Source: a virus. Taken from it: a stretch of 64,000 bases of DNA. The notes beneath the pieces were generated by a model. It was not told the DNA's origin and ran no database searches. It saw only the letters and a program-made list of their open reading frames with translations. The stretch is taken from the IMG/VR virus record IMGVR_UViG_3300027586_000002, positions 42,941 to 106,940 of that record, one strand, 5' to 3'. Shown piece by piece: positions 46,773-56,407 of this stretch. The translations under genes were made by a program, and so were the position numbers. Positions within the stretch are counted from its first letter, which is position 1; every line of letters begins with the position of its first letter.

Positions 46773-49619
46773 TTATTTAAGTGCTGGTTGACTTGCGTTA
46801 GGAGCCATTTGGAATGCTTCGTGGAACAAGTTGCTTACTCCAGCGTTTGCCGGATTGGTAAACACATGTGGAAGTAAACGTTCTCCTGTGCTTTCAGGTT
46901 TAGTTAAAGCTTTATTAAAGTTTAATATTGTCTCTCCAGGTCCCTTAGGATTCTTAAGCCCGTCTGTTAATGTTTTCTTTAACCCTGTAAAGGCATCATT
47001 ATTACCCCAACTTGTATAATTAGTCTTAAGCTGGTTCTCATTATTAAACACTCCCTGCCTAGTAGTAGGAGTTGTTAAACTATATTGTTTAGTAGGAGCA
47101 GCTTGAAGAAATTGTAATATCTTTGTTTGTATATGTTCAGGAGCATTCATTGCATTAGTTAGCCCTGTCATAAAATCAGGATGCATCATTCCAGGTATAG
47201 GCTCTAGTGGAGGTATAGCCTTTAGTGGAGGTATAGGCTTTAGTGGAGGTAGTACATCCGCTGCACGTTTATTAAACCCTCTTAGTATTGCCTCCTTGTT
47301 CATGTTATTTTCTAGATCCTTCTTTCTTTTCTTATTCCAGTAATAAAGCCCAGCTAATCCTCCAGCAGCAGCCAAGCCAATTCCTACTGGTATACTTACT
47401 GACGTAGGAATAACAGGCCTTATTTCAGCGGTATGGCTTGGAGCATTTCTCCCAGTTAAATGAGCTTCTCTGACAAACTCTTCTTTAGTTGGAATTAACC
47501 ACGGTTGTTTCTGTGTGATAGCAAAACTCCTAGCAGCATTAGCTGTATCTGTTGTGGATATGTGTCCTGGAGTACCATAAGTCCTTCTTGGCACATTTGA
47601 TAATGGTGATTTACCTATGATCTTATCAATACACGCACCATCTCCGTTACAACCTATTACTTCTAAAAGACTAGGTTTCTTGCCTGTATAGTTTTTTAAT
47701 ATATCACTTAGCAGAGTGCTTTCATCGCCAGCAGCCCCGCCGCCTAGACTATAGTTGTCAGTCTTTCCACCTCCGTGACCCATTAGTGACAATATACCAT
47801 TTGGAATGTTTTTTCGAAATGTGAAGTCGCCGGCTATATCCTGATTCTGATAATCTGAATACATCTTGAACGCGCTCTCGCGCTCGCGGGGGGCGTGAAA
47901 GTCCAAAAATGATGTGTCATTATTCGGACGAAGCCCGAGGTTGTAGGAATGGTCATTTATAACTGTTTTTGCTTCTTTGTTCATACTTCCTTTATTGATC
48001 CAAGCTTTAATGGCCGATATAACTTTAGGATCTTTAGCTTTTGATAAATAATCCTGTACGTTCATTTCGCCTACATTCTCTTCACCCAAGAACTCATACT
48101 CAGGAATTGCATCTACATCCCGCTTACGCATCTTATATGTTCTTAATGGTTTAACTGGCTTATCGCTTACATACTCAGACGAAGTGATTGTCTGACCTAA
48201 TTCTTTGTCTTCTCTGGTAATCTTTTTAAAATGACTGGCAGGAAAAACGTGCATATATCCATTAGGAGTATGCCCTAAAAGAAGTTTTCTACCAGTGCTT
48301 GGATCTATTAATCGGTGGTACACTGAGTTCTTTATCTTCTCCTTCATTGCAAGGTATTCTGGTGTAGGAGTATTTGTAAATGCAGAAGAGGGTTTGTCTG
48401 CAGCATAAGCCACTTGATCACCATACTCATATCCATAATTATACTTTTGATTAAACTTGGGGTCCAATACATCTAACTTTTGCGCAGATCCATGGTATAA
48501 GTATTTGCGATTCTTTATATCTTCTATACTCTTAATTATCATCTCTGGATAACCTGCGCGAAGAGCTGCTTTCTTAAACATATTGTTATTTAATATCTCG
48601 TTGTAGCTCTGAGGCTTATATCTATCTTTCTTCAAGTCTCTTATTGTATCATTGGCTTCTGCATAATCAGATCGTAAATCAAATATAGATCTAGGATGCT
48701 GACCTGATATCTGTGACCTTATATAACCCTGTATTGAAGAACGCAAAGGTCCACGGTCTAGTAACATCTTATTAGCTGTTGGTATCTTAAGAACATGATC
48801 AGCTTCAGTATGATGACCACCAAGAACTATGTTGTCATTACCTTGTATATACTTATCCATTAGCTCTTGTCTCTTACCAGCAAGCAAAGCCAGCATCTCA
48901 TCATTGTAATCTTTCTTTCTAATATGCTTGTAACCCAAGTCTTTCTCGCCCTGCTCATCGAACTCATCTAGATCCTTAGTATTAAGATGAGGATACTTGG
49001 CTTTAAGAGCTTCAAGTAAATGCGTCTTACCTGCGCCCGATGCTCCTCCTATATGAGCTAGTACGTTGCCTGATTGCTTCATCAAATTTGCGTAACCAGT
49101 ATTACCATGAGGAGATATGACTTCAATCCTAGGGTTTATGGTCATTCCCATATACTTCGACTTGCCCAATATCTTCTTATGCTTATCCCAACGAGCAATA
49201 GCGTCATCATATCCGGCCTGTCCCAATTGTGGTCCGTCTGGATGTAATAACTTATCCGGTAACCCGACTACATCAAACAATGTACGCTTAAGATCTTCGT
49301 CATTTATATTAAAGTTATGTTGATAATAACCTTTGCCTGGATTGAACTTCTCTCTTCCAGGTATAGTAGAGTAAAGAAATGATTGATCATCAGGAACATT
49401 AACACCTATGGCTTTAAGCTTGTCTCTATATACTTGCTCTGTCTTTTTTCTACCTTCTACATATTTAGAAGCTAACTCAGGCTTATTCTCCCATCTACCG
49501 TTAGTACGATCCTTAAGCAACTCAGCATATAACAATGTCCTCAAAGCATCGTGTTTGATACGAGCATAGTGAACTGATTGTATATCTGACTGCTTGTGCA
49601 TGTTATTGCCCTGCAACAT
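46773..49619 (-). CDS. 948-aa polyprotein: unknown domain, P-loop kinase, ART-like domain, His-Gly/Cys domain, TM, leader-tagged tail
   Basis: GGASGAGKT; YLYHGS...GYMHVF...EYVS; LMGHGG...VIGCN; internal MNKEAILRGFNKRAA. Confidence 0.75.
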   Translation of the reverse strand: MLQGNNMHKQSDIQSVHYARIKHDALRTLLYAELLKDRTNGRWENKPELASKYVEGRKKTEQVYRDKLKAIGVNVPDDQSFLYSTIPGREKFNPGKGYYQHNFNINDEDLKRTLFDVVGLPDKLLHPDGPQLGQAGYDDAIARWDKHKKILGKSKYMGMTINPRIEVISPHGNTGYANLMKQSGNVLAHIGGASGAGKTHLLEALKAKYPHLNTKDLDEFDEQGEKDLGYKHIRKKDYNDEMLALLAGKRQELMDKYIQGNDNIVLGGHHTEADHVLKIPTANKMLLDRGPLRSSIQGYIRSQISGQHPRSIFDLRSDYAEANDTIRDLKKDRYKPQSYNEILNNNMFKKAALRAGYPEMIIKSIEDIKNRKYLYHGSAQKLDVLDPKFNQKYNYGYEYGDQVAYAADKPSSAFTNTPTPEYLAMKEKIKNSVYHRLIDPSTGRKLLLGHTPNGYMHVFPASHFKKITREDKELGQTITSSEYVSDKPVKPLRTYKMRKRDVDAIPEYEFLGEENVGEMNVQDYLSKAKDPKVISAIKAWINKGSMNKEAKTVINDHSYNLGLRPNNDTSFLDFHAPRERESAFKMYSDYQNQDIAGDFTFRKNIPNGILSLMGHGGGKTDNYSLGGGAAGDESTLLSDILKNYTGKKPSLLEVIGCNGDGACIDKIIGKSPLSNVPRRTYGTPGHISTTDTANAARSFAITQKQPWLIPTKEEFVREAHLTGRNAPSHTAEIRPVIPTSVSIPVGIGLAAAGGLAGLYYWNKKRKKDLENNMNKEAILRGFNKRAADVLPPLKPIPPLKAIPPLEPIPGMMHPDFMTGLTNAMNAPEHIQTKILQFLQAAPTKQYSLTTPTTRQGVFNNENQLKTNYTSWGNNDAFTGLKKTLTDGLKNPKGPGETILNFNKALTKPESTGERLLPHVFTNPANAGVSNLFHEAFQMAPNASQPALK

Positions 49620-50040
49620 TAGCCTTCTTGTTTAAGTAATCAATGATAACTTGATTATCTGCTAGTTGTTCCTTTAACCCGACAACCTCAGCTTCATAGT
49701 CTTTAACCTGGGTTTTAAGAATATCGATTTCATCCTGCATATCATTCAATCTTGCATTGCAGTCCTGTCTTTTAATTGTTTCTTGGTCAAGCCTTACACT
49801 TAGCTCATCCAAACGTTTGCCTAGATCCGTAGCTGATTTTTTCCAGAATTCTGCCATATCTATTTCTCCTTCTATTCTAGTTTTATCTGCTAATGAAATG
49901 TCTTTCTTTGATTCAGCGTCGTCTTTTCTCTTTGACAACAGTTTTATAATTATAGGTGCAAGTCCTGCACCTCCTAATAATATCAGAAATATGTCTTTAA
50001 TGAAAATAAATGTTTGATCGTCAGCTCCTGGTAGTGTCAT
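49603..50040 (-). CDS. membrane-anchored coiled-coil protein (holin-like)
   Basis: One N-terminal TM, basic stop-transfer residues, heptad tail. Confidence 0.5.
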   Translation of the reverse strand: MTLPGADDQTFIFIKDIFLILLGGAGLAPIIIKLLSKRKDDAESKKDISLADKTRIEGEIDMAEFWKKSATDLGKRLDELSVRLDQETIKRQDCNARLNDMQDEIDILKTQVKDYEAEVVGLKEQLADNQVIIDYLNKKANVAGQ

Positions 50041-50044
50041 ATGT

Positions 50045-50992
50045 TTATTTATTGTATCCTTTAAATAGATTAGTTGTCCATTGTCCGTTGGTTCCCTTTA
50101 AATACTGAATTGGGTTATTATAAACGCCCGGCAGAAATCCCTTATCACCACCGGAGTGACGCCTTCCAAGCCCAATAGATGGTATATCACCACCGTAACC
50201 AAGCCTACCTTGAGGAGTGGCAACCATATTGGTCATGTTAGGAAAGTTTTCAGTTATTTCTTTTGTAGGAGCACAGCCTCTTTCTTGATTGCAAGTACTG
50301 AAGAATAAATTATGTACATTTGTAGCTTTATCTCCAATTGCCTTTCTTAAATCAGGCATAGAGAAGCCATCAACCTTGTTTAATGTTGAAAAATTATTTT
50401 TTCCAATTGCAGTTGAATCAAGACTTAATTCATATTCACCTGGCCTGCCACCACCATGACTATCAACTAATAGAGAATTAAATGGATTTTTAGCTAAAAA
50501 ACCTTTATTCAAATCTGGTCTAGCATTTGTGCGTTTTATAAAATTTGTTAAGGCTGGAATCTCGAGCCCTCTGCCTCCACCGTAACCAATCCCTCTTAAA
50601 TCTCCCTCTAAAATCATAGAAGAATTGATATTAGAATTAGCTCCATGATATATATAAGGAGCTAATTTATTACTATTGTTATTAACATTATTTTTAATTT
50701 TATCAATTGTATGATTAAAATAAAGATCTTCTTGAGCTTTAGATGAATCAAACATTTTATCCATCATGTTTACACGATATGTTGAGTAATGCGGAACTCC
50801 TTCTGTAGGCTTTAGTATATTGTCATATCTTGTATCTGAATTCATGTGCTTTTTCAAAACACCCATATTAATATCATTAGCAGTATTATTGCTTATGCTG
50901 CTTATTGGTTTTATTGTTGGATGATTAGGATTTAATGGTATAAAGTCGGCTGCTCTCTTCATAAACCCTCTTAATATAGCCTCAACGTTCAT
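50045..50992 (-). CDS. leader-tagged His-Gly/Cys domain paralog
   Basis: MNVEAILRGFMKRAA; LLVDSHGG...LFFSTCN. Confidence 0.75.
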   Translation of the reverse strand: MNVEAILRGFMKRAADFIPLNPNHPTIKPISSISNNTANDINMGVLKKHMNSDTRYDNILKPTEGVPHYSTYRVNMMDKMFDSSKAQEDLYFNHTIDKIKNNVNNNSNKLAPYIYHGANSNINSSMILEGDLRGIGYGGGRGLEIPALTNFIKRTNARPDLNKGFLAKNPFNSLLVDSHGGGRPGEYELSLDSTAIGKNNFSTLNKVDGFSMPDLRKAIGDKATNVHNLFFSTCNQERGCAPTKEITENFPNMTNMVATPQGRLGYGGDIPSIGLGRRHSGGDKGFLPGVYNNPIQYLKGTNGQWTTNLFKGYNK

Positions 50993-50995
50993 AGG

Positions 50996-52261
50996 TTATC
51001 GATTAAAAATTTTATCTTTTAAGTTATCCAGCATTAGTTGTTGAAGCTCTTCTTTTTCTTTTATAAAAGAAGCTATAGAACCTGTAGGCCTGGACATGTT
51101 AGCCATTACTTTGTCCTTGTAAGATGTATATGGATTTGTGTTAACAGCTTTGATCTTGTCTAAGTAATTATTTCCTTTGCCTAACTCTTGTCCTATCTCT
51201 CCAGCTTCCCCAGCCATTTGGGCTATTAAATTTGCAGCAACCAAAGGAGGCACACCAGTAAATCCCGCCGCCACCGCCGCCAGTGCCTCAGGAAGACCAA
51301 CTCGTCTAGCGTCTGTATAAACACCATCATTTAACCAAGATTTTTGAGCAGTAGGATCAGAACCAGGGATAAGGTTGTATTCGTGTGGAGCGGCGATTGG
51401 TAGCTTAAGCTTGTTTAAAGTATCAGTTAATATTGGAGATGAGTCACCTATAGTCCAAGAATAATTACCAGGCGGGGCCATAATAACCTTATTAACATTT
51501 ATTTTAAAGTCTTTAGGTGTAGAGTACGTTGTTGGAGTATAAATATTTTTGAATGGATAATCTCTATTTGTAATTGGGTCTTGATTATGTATTATTTCAT
51601 TTTTTCCTTTATCAGTCAATAAACCATCTCCATATTGATGTCGTCCATTTACAGTAGTATTTAATTGTTTAATAAACTTGGCATACATGTCTGGAGTACA
51701 ACCATCTGTGTTAGGATTGCAGCCTAATGCTTTAATTATACTTGGATTTTTATCTTGTAACTCTGAAGTTAAATGTTGGTTAGTTAACAATTTAGAATTG
51801 TATAGACCTTCGTCATCATTCCCACCCTCGTTTTTAATACCAGTAAACTGGCTAATATTTTTTCCTATATTTTCTGGCCTACGCTTTGGTTCGTGTATAA
51901 GTGATTCTGTTTTACCTCCCCATGGAGCACCAGAGTGAACAACGTCGGGTATGCTAAGATCATAGTATGCTCCTTTATTTTCTTTAGAATAAGGATTACT
52001 TAGATTATAGTTATTTCTATCTCCGATACCATGTGCGTCCATATTTAATATTGACCCATTTGGGTTAATCGGAAATTTTGCGTTTCCTGAGAAGTAAGGT
52101 AAATTTATACGGCTGTTATTTAACAAGTTTAGACTACCAGGCTGGTATATTCCTTTACCTAAATTAGTAATGTTAGGCTGTGGTTTAGACACAGGTATAG
52201 GAGGGCGCTCAACATCAGCCGCTCGCTTATAGAAACCTCTTATAATAGCCTCAACGTTCAT
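50996..52261 (-). CDS. leader-tagged His-Gly/Cys domain protein with hydrophobic C-terminal segment
   Basis: MNVEAIIRGFYKRAA; LNMDAHG...IKALGCN. Confidence 0.7.
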   Translation of the reverse strand: MNVEAIIRGFYKRAADVERPPIPVSKPQPNITNLGKGIYQPGSLNLLNNSRINLPYFSGNAKFPINPNGSILNMDAHGIGDRNNYNLSNPYSKENKGAYYDLSIPDVVHSGAPWGGKTESLIHEPKRRPENIGKNISQFTGIKNEGGNDDEGLYNSKLLTNQHLTSELQDKNPSIIKALGCNPNTDGCTPDMYAKFIKQLNTTVNGRHQYGDGLLTDKGKNEIIHNQDPITNRDYPFKNIYTPTTYSTPKDFKINVNKVIMAPPGNYSWTIGDSSPILTDTLNKLKLPIAAPHEYNLIPGSDPTAQKSWLNDGVYTDARRVGLPEALAAVAAGFTGVPPLVAANLIAQMAGEAGEIGQELGKGNNYLDKIKAVNTNPYTSYKDKVMANMSRPTGSIASFIKEKEELQQLMLDNLKDKIFNR

Positions 52262-52264
52262 TGG

Positions 52265-53086
52265 TTATTTATTGTATCCTTTAAACGTGTTAGTTGACCA
52301 ATTCCCATTTGTACCTTTTAGATATTGAACTGGCCTTGTACCAATACCCATTGGATTAATCATACTCATACCAAATGGTCGTGACTTACCAGCTCCAATT
52401 GAGAGTAAATCATTAACAACTCCAAATCTTCCTTGAGGAGAGGCAACCATATTAGTCATGTTAGGAAAAGCTTTGGTAAATTCTTCAGTAGGTGCTCCGC
52501 CGCCACGCTGGTTGCAAGTACTAAGATATAAATTATGAACGTTTGTTGCCTTATCTCCTATAGTTTTTTTTAAATCGTCTACATTAAAATGTACATTAGG
52601 TGTAGGAAAATCATTTTTTCCTATGGATGACTTATCAATTCCAACAGAATAGTAGTTGGGTTCTCCGCCCCCATGCATATTAACTAAAAATGAATTAGAT
52701 GGATTTTTATTTAAAAAGTCTAGCAGTAATGGTCGTTTATTATACCTAAGATCTCCTTCTAATATCATCGAGGAGTTCATATTAGAGTTTGCTCCATGAT
52801 AAACGAATGGTGATAGTTCTGTAGGTTTGTTATTTGATATTTCATTAACTATTTTAGAAACTTCTGGTAGCTTGAAAAACTTATATGTATCCATATCTAA
52901 GTGCTTATTAATAATGGGTTCAAGCTTTTTGTCCATGATTTGATTATAGCTAGAAACAAGGTCAAAATGCTGGTCTGAAGCAGGAGGGACATCTGGAGTT
53001 TTTGTATTTAAGAAAGGATGTCTAGGATTTAACGGAAGATCCGCCGCCCTCTTCATAAACCCTCTTATAATAGCCTCAACGTTCAT
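52265..53086 (-). CDS. leader-tagged His-Gly/Cys domain paralog
   Basis: MNVEAIIRGFMKRAA; FLVNMHGG...LYLSTCN. Confidence 0.75.
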   Translation of the reverse strand: MNVEAIIRGFMKRAADLPLNPRHPFLNTKTPDVPPASDQHFDLVSSYNQIMDKKLEPIINKHLDMDTYKFFKLPEVSKIVNEISNNKPTELSPFVYHGANSNMNSSMILEGDLRYNKRPLLLDFLNKNPSNSFLVNMHGGGEPNYYSVGIDKSSIGKNDFPTPNVHFNVDDLKKTIGDKATNVHNLYLSTCNQRGGGAPTEEFTKAFPNMTNMVASPQGRFGVVNDLLSIGAGKSRPFGMSMINPMGIGTRPVQYLKGTNGNWSTNTFKGYNK

Positions 53087-53089
53087 AGG

Positions 53090-53797
53090 TTAATTGTATC
53101 GTTTAAACGTGTTAGTTGACCATTGCCCGTTAGTTCCCTTTAAGTATTGAACTGGGTCTGTGTGTTTAACTTCTTGATCACCCCAATTGGCTGGGTTTAA
53201 TAAAGTGTTAGAAAATTGTCTTCTACCTGTCATACCAATATTAAATATGTCATTTACATAGCCCGGCTTCCATGGTGGGGAGGCGACTATATTTGTTACA
53301 TTAGGAAAATTATTTAACATTTGACTAGTAGGATAGCACCCAGCATCTCGGTTACAAGTTGCGAAGAACAAGTTATGCACATTAGTGGCTTTATCTTTCA
53401 AAGCATCCTTTATGTCTGATATAAAAAAATCTTTATTAGGTGTTATTGGATTTAACCGTTGATTAGGTATTACAGATTTATCTAAATTAATAGCATACTC
53501 GTTATTAAACCCTCCTCCATGACTATCTATAAATAATGAATTTAATGGATTTTTTTGTAAGAAATAGTTTTTAAGCTTATTACTACTCTCTCTCAACTCT
53601 CCCTCAAGCAACATAGATGAATTCATGTTGGACTTAGCTCCATGATAAATATATGGAGCCAATTTATCTGCATTAGAATTAGTATTACTTACTATATGGT
53701 TTTCCAATGTGAATGGCTTGTTCATTGGATGCTGTGGGTTTAATGCCGCATCAGCCGCTCGCTTATAGAAACCTCTTATAATAGCCTCAACGTTCAT
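53090..53797 (-). CDS. leader-tagged His-Gly/Cys domain paralog
   Basis: MNVEAIIRGFYKRAA; LFIDSHGG...LFFATCN. Confidence 0.75.
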   Translation of the reverse strand: MNVEAIIRGFYKRAADAALNPQHPMNKPFTLENHIVSNTNSNADKLAPYIYHGAKSNMNSSMLLEGELRESSNKLKNYFLQKNPLNSLFIDSHGGGFNNEYAINLDKSVIPNQRLNPITPNKDFFISDIKDALKDKATNVHNLFFATCNRDAGCYPTSQMLNNFPNVTNIVASPPWKPGYVNDIFNIGMTGRRQFSNTLLNPANWGDQEVKHTDPVQYLKGTNGQWSTNTFKRYN

Positions 53798-53800
53798 AGG

Positions 53801-55267
53801 TTATTTAATTCCTCCGATTGGGTTGATTGGCTTCATGCCTATAGGCTTAATAGGCTTGATATCCGGCGCTGTCATAGGTGTAGATAAAGCATTCGACTTA
53901 CTTGCATTATTTAACGCCGGCGCAGATATGTCTAAAGGTTTGTTATTATTTTGAAAATTTAATCTTCTTTGCAATCTATTTATATTACCACTGTCTTGCT
54001 GTATATCCCACAAGTTCTTGCCAATGTTAAGCATGTCTCCGCCAGCATTCCAGGCTTTATGAGAAAGATCTCCTATTCCTCCAGCAATAGCTCCAGGGAT
54101 AGCTCCAACACCACCACTCAAGGCTCCACCAGTAGCCGCACCCGCTGTCATTGCTTTAGTTGAATCTAACCAGTGACCACTTACGTCATTAAAATAAGAA
54201 GATATTGGATGTTGCTCTTGCTGTGCTGGTGTTGCCATTGGACCAGTAGGAGCAACAGCGTCTAACCCCATGGAGATAGGAACGCCTACAGCCATGCCCT
54301 TGCCCATAGATTTAGCAAATTGATTTATTGGTTTAGTTAAATCTAATTGGCGTTGTGCATTGTTTGGATAAACAATAGCTTCATCAATATGATTTGCTGC
54401 AGAATGAGGGCCACGATAGTAGTTTAATTCTTTTAAGAATTCAGGAAATTTATAGACCAGACTATCTGGAATTGGTGTAGTTACTGCTCTACTTAATAAA
54501 TGACCACCTGCAAAATATGCAGCTGAGCCTGTCCTTAAAAGACTTTCACCAGGACCGTGGTATCTTGGTCCTTTATACCCACCATATAAATTAGCAAAAG
54601 TTTCACTTGGGCCTAATTGTAATTCAGGTGTGACAATTGGACCATAGCGCATAGAAGGAATAGTGGGATTTTTAGCATGCCATAATTCATGTGCCATTAT
54701 ACTTCTACGTAGATATTTATTTATATCAGGTATAAACTTAGTAACGCCGTTATCCTTTGGTATGCCTAGCATTTGTGCTGCATCATTAGCAGTTGATGGT
54801 AACAAATTAGAGTTAATCTTAATTTCTGGCCAGCCGTGTCTAAGATAAAAGTCTTTATCTCCTAAAAAATTAGGATTGATTGGTGCATTAACAATATAAG
54901 ATGGTTGGCCAAGCTGTGTATACCCAAGCAAGGAGCTTGGCATTTTTTCTCCTTTTGACATTGCTAGGACTTTATAAAAGTCGCTTAGAGATGGATCATC
55001 AACACGTCTAGGACCTGGATATGAGATTGGAACACCAGCTAAACTAACCGCTCTCTTCATAAACCCTTTATACAAAGCTACTTTAAGATTATCACTTATA
55101 TGTTCAGGAAGACCTTTGAGCTTAGTCTTGGCATAGTGTAACACGTCTTCTGGCGACATTGATTTGGCCAATGACTTGATTCTCTTATTAGGGCGCGATA
55201 GCTTGCCCTGTTGGTGCAGGTGAACAAGTTTAAACAGACGTGCTTGCGCTTTTGATACTGCCGGCAT
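53801..55267 (-). CDS. modular protein: MPAxSKAQ domain, internal leader, zincin motif, glycine zipper
   Basis: ALYKGFMKRA; AHELWH...E..AN; GAATGGALSGGVGAIPGAIAGG. Confidence 0.7.
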   Translation of the reverse strand: MPAVSKAQARLFKLVHLHQQGKLSRPNKRIKSLAKSMSPEDVLHYAKTKLKGLPEHISDNLKVALYKGFMKRAVSLAGVPISYPGPRRVDDPSLSDFYKVLAMSKGEKMPSSLLGYTQLGQPSYIVNAPINPNFLGDKDFYLRHGWPEIKINSNLLPSTANDAAQMLGIPKDNGVTKFIPDINKYLRRSIMAHELWHAKNPTIPSMRYGPIVTPELQLGPSETFANLYGGYKGPRYHGPGESLLRTGSAAYFAGGHLLSRAVTTPIPDSLVYKFPEFLKELNYYRGPHSAANHIDEAIVYPNNAQRQLDLTKPINQFAKSMGKGMAVGVPISMGLDAVAPTGPMATPAQQEQHPISSYFNDVSGHWLDSTKAMTAGAATGGALSGGVGAIPGAIAGGIGDLSHKAWNAGGDMLNIGKNLWDIQQDSGNINRLQRRLNFQNNNKPLDISAPALNNASKSNALSTPMTAPDIKPIKPIGMKPINPIGGIK

Positions 55268-55385
55268 ATACACTTCAAATATAACTTATTGACTTTAAGG
55301 TTTAAAGCTTAAACTCATTTAAAAGATGATTGTATTAATTTAGCTATAAGTTATAATTACAAAAGGTAGTTAACTAAACATACAA

Positions 55386-56303
55386 ATGAAAAAGATACTT
55401 GGAATCCTCGCAATCCTTGCAACGGCTATAACTATTAATGCTGTAGAAGCCGTTAAAACAGTTGCTCAGCACCTACAAGAGATTTCAGTTACAATTGCTG
55501 TCTCAACACCAATGGGTACTGCACAGGGTTCAGGAGTATTGTTTACTAGAAAAGACGCAAATAGCAACAATGTAAACTTTGTATGGACAGCAGGACACGT
55601 TATTGCGCATGCCAGAACAACTAGAGACGTAGTTGATTCATCTGGTCGTAGCAAGACATTGGTAGAGTTTCCAGATGTGCAGATTATCAATAACATCGTG
55701 GAAGAAGGACGAACCATTGGACGTGTAATACTTGATGCAGAGGTTATTAAGTATTCTGACGCGGACAACGGGGAAGATCTGGCGGTTCTTCGTATTCGTA
55801 GAAAGAACTTCGTATCTACTACTGTAGTATTTAACATTGATAAGAAGATGCCTGAGATTGGTACTGAGTTATATCACGTCGGATCATTGCTAGGGCTCGG
55901 CGGTGCTAACTCAATGACCTCCGGCATTTATTCACAGGTTGGTCGCGTACATGATAAGAAGCTATACGACCAAACAACAGTAACCGCCTTTCCCGGTAGT
56001 TCCGGAGGTGGTGTATTCCATAGAGATGGCAAGTATATTGGTATGCTTGTTCGTGGTGCAGGTGAAACATTCAACTTGATTGTTCCAATTAGGCGAATGG
56101 AAGAGTTTGCTACTAAGCATAATATTCGTTGGGCTTTGGATCATAAGGTAGTAATGCCAGGTAATGAGGTTATTGCTGAGATACCAGTAGAGGGAGTCCC
56201 AAACAAGCCAGCAGACAAAGACGCTGTTGCTGCCAAGAAAAACTATATGCTTCCATTTATGATCAATTGGATTCCTGCCCATATAACGCAAGAAATCAAA
56301 TAA
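55386..56303 (+). CDS. exported trypsin-like serine protease
   Basis: Signal peptide; TAGHV, DLAVL, PGSSGG triad motifs. Confidence 0.88.
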   Translation: MKKILGILAILATAITINAVEAVKTVAQHLQEISVTIAVSTPMGTAQGSGVLFTRKDANSNNVNFVWTAGHVIAHARTTRDVVDSSGRSKTLVEFPDVQIINNIVEEGRTIGRVILDAEVIKYSDADNGEDLAVLRIRRKNFVSTTVVFNIDKKMPEIGTELYHVGSLLGLGGANSMTSGIYSQVGRVHDKKLYDQTTVTAFPGSSGGGVFHRDGKYIGMLVRGAGETFNLIVPIRRMEEFATKHNIRWALDHKVVMPGNEVIAEIPVEGVPNKPADKDAVAAKKNYMLPFMINWIPAHITQEIK

Positions 56304-56407
56304 GCCGGTGCGTAGATGGATTAGTTGTACAGAAGCAGGGTTAATAGCCCTGCTTTTTGTTTTGATAATGCTGATGATTTGGGTTATAGGTATACCAAGA
56401 TAATTAT

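Noticed and set aside
43593-55273. Diversity-generating retroelement behind the paralog array
   Set aside because: No reverse transcriptase in the window, and I saw no template/variable repeat pair differing only at adenines.
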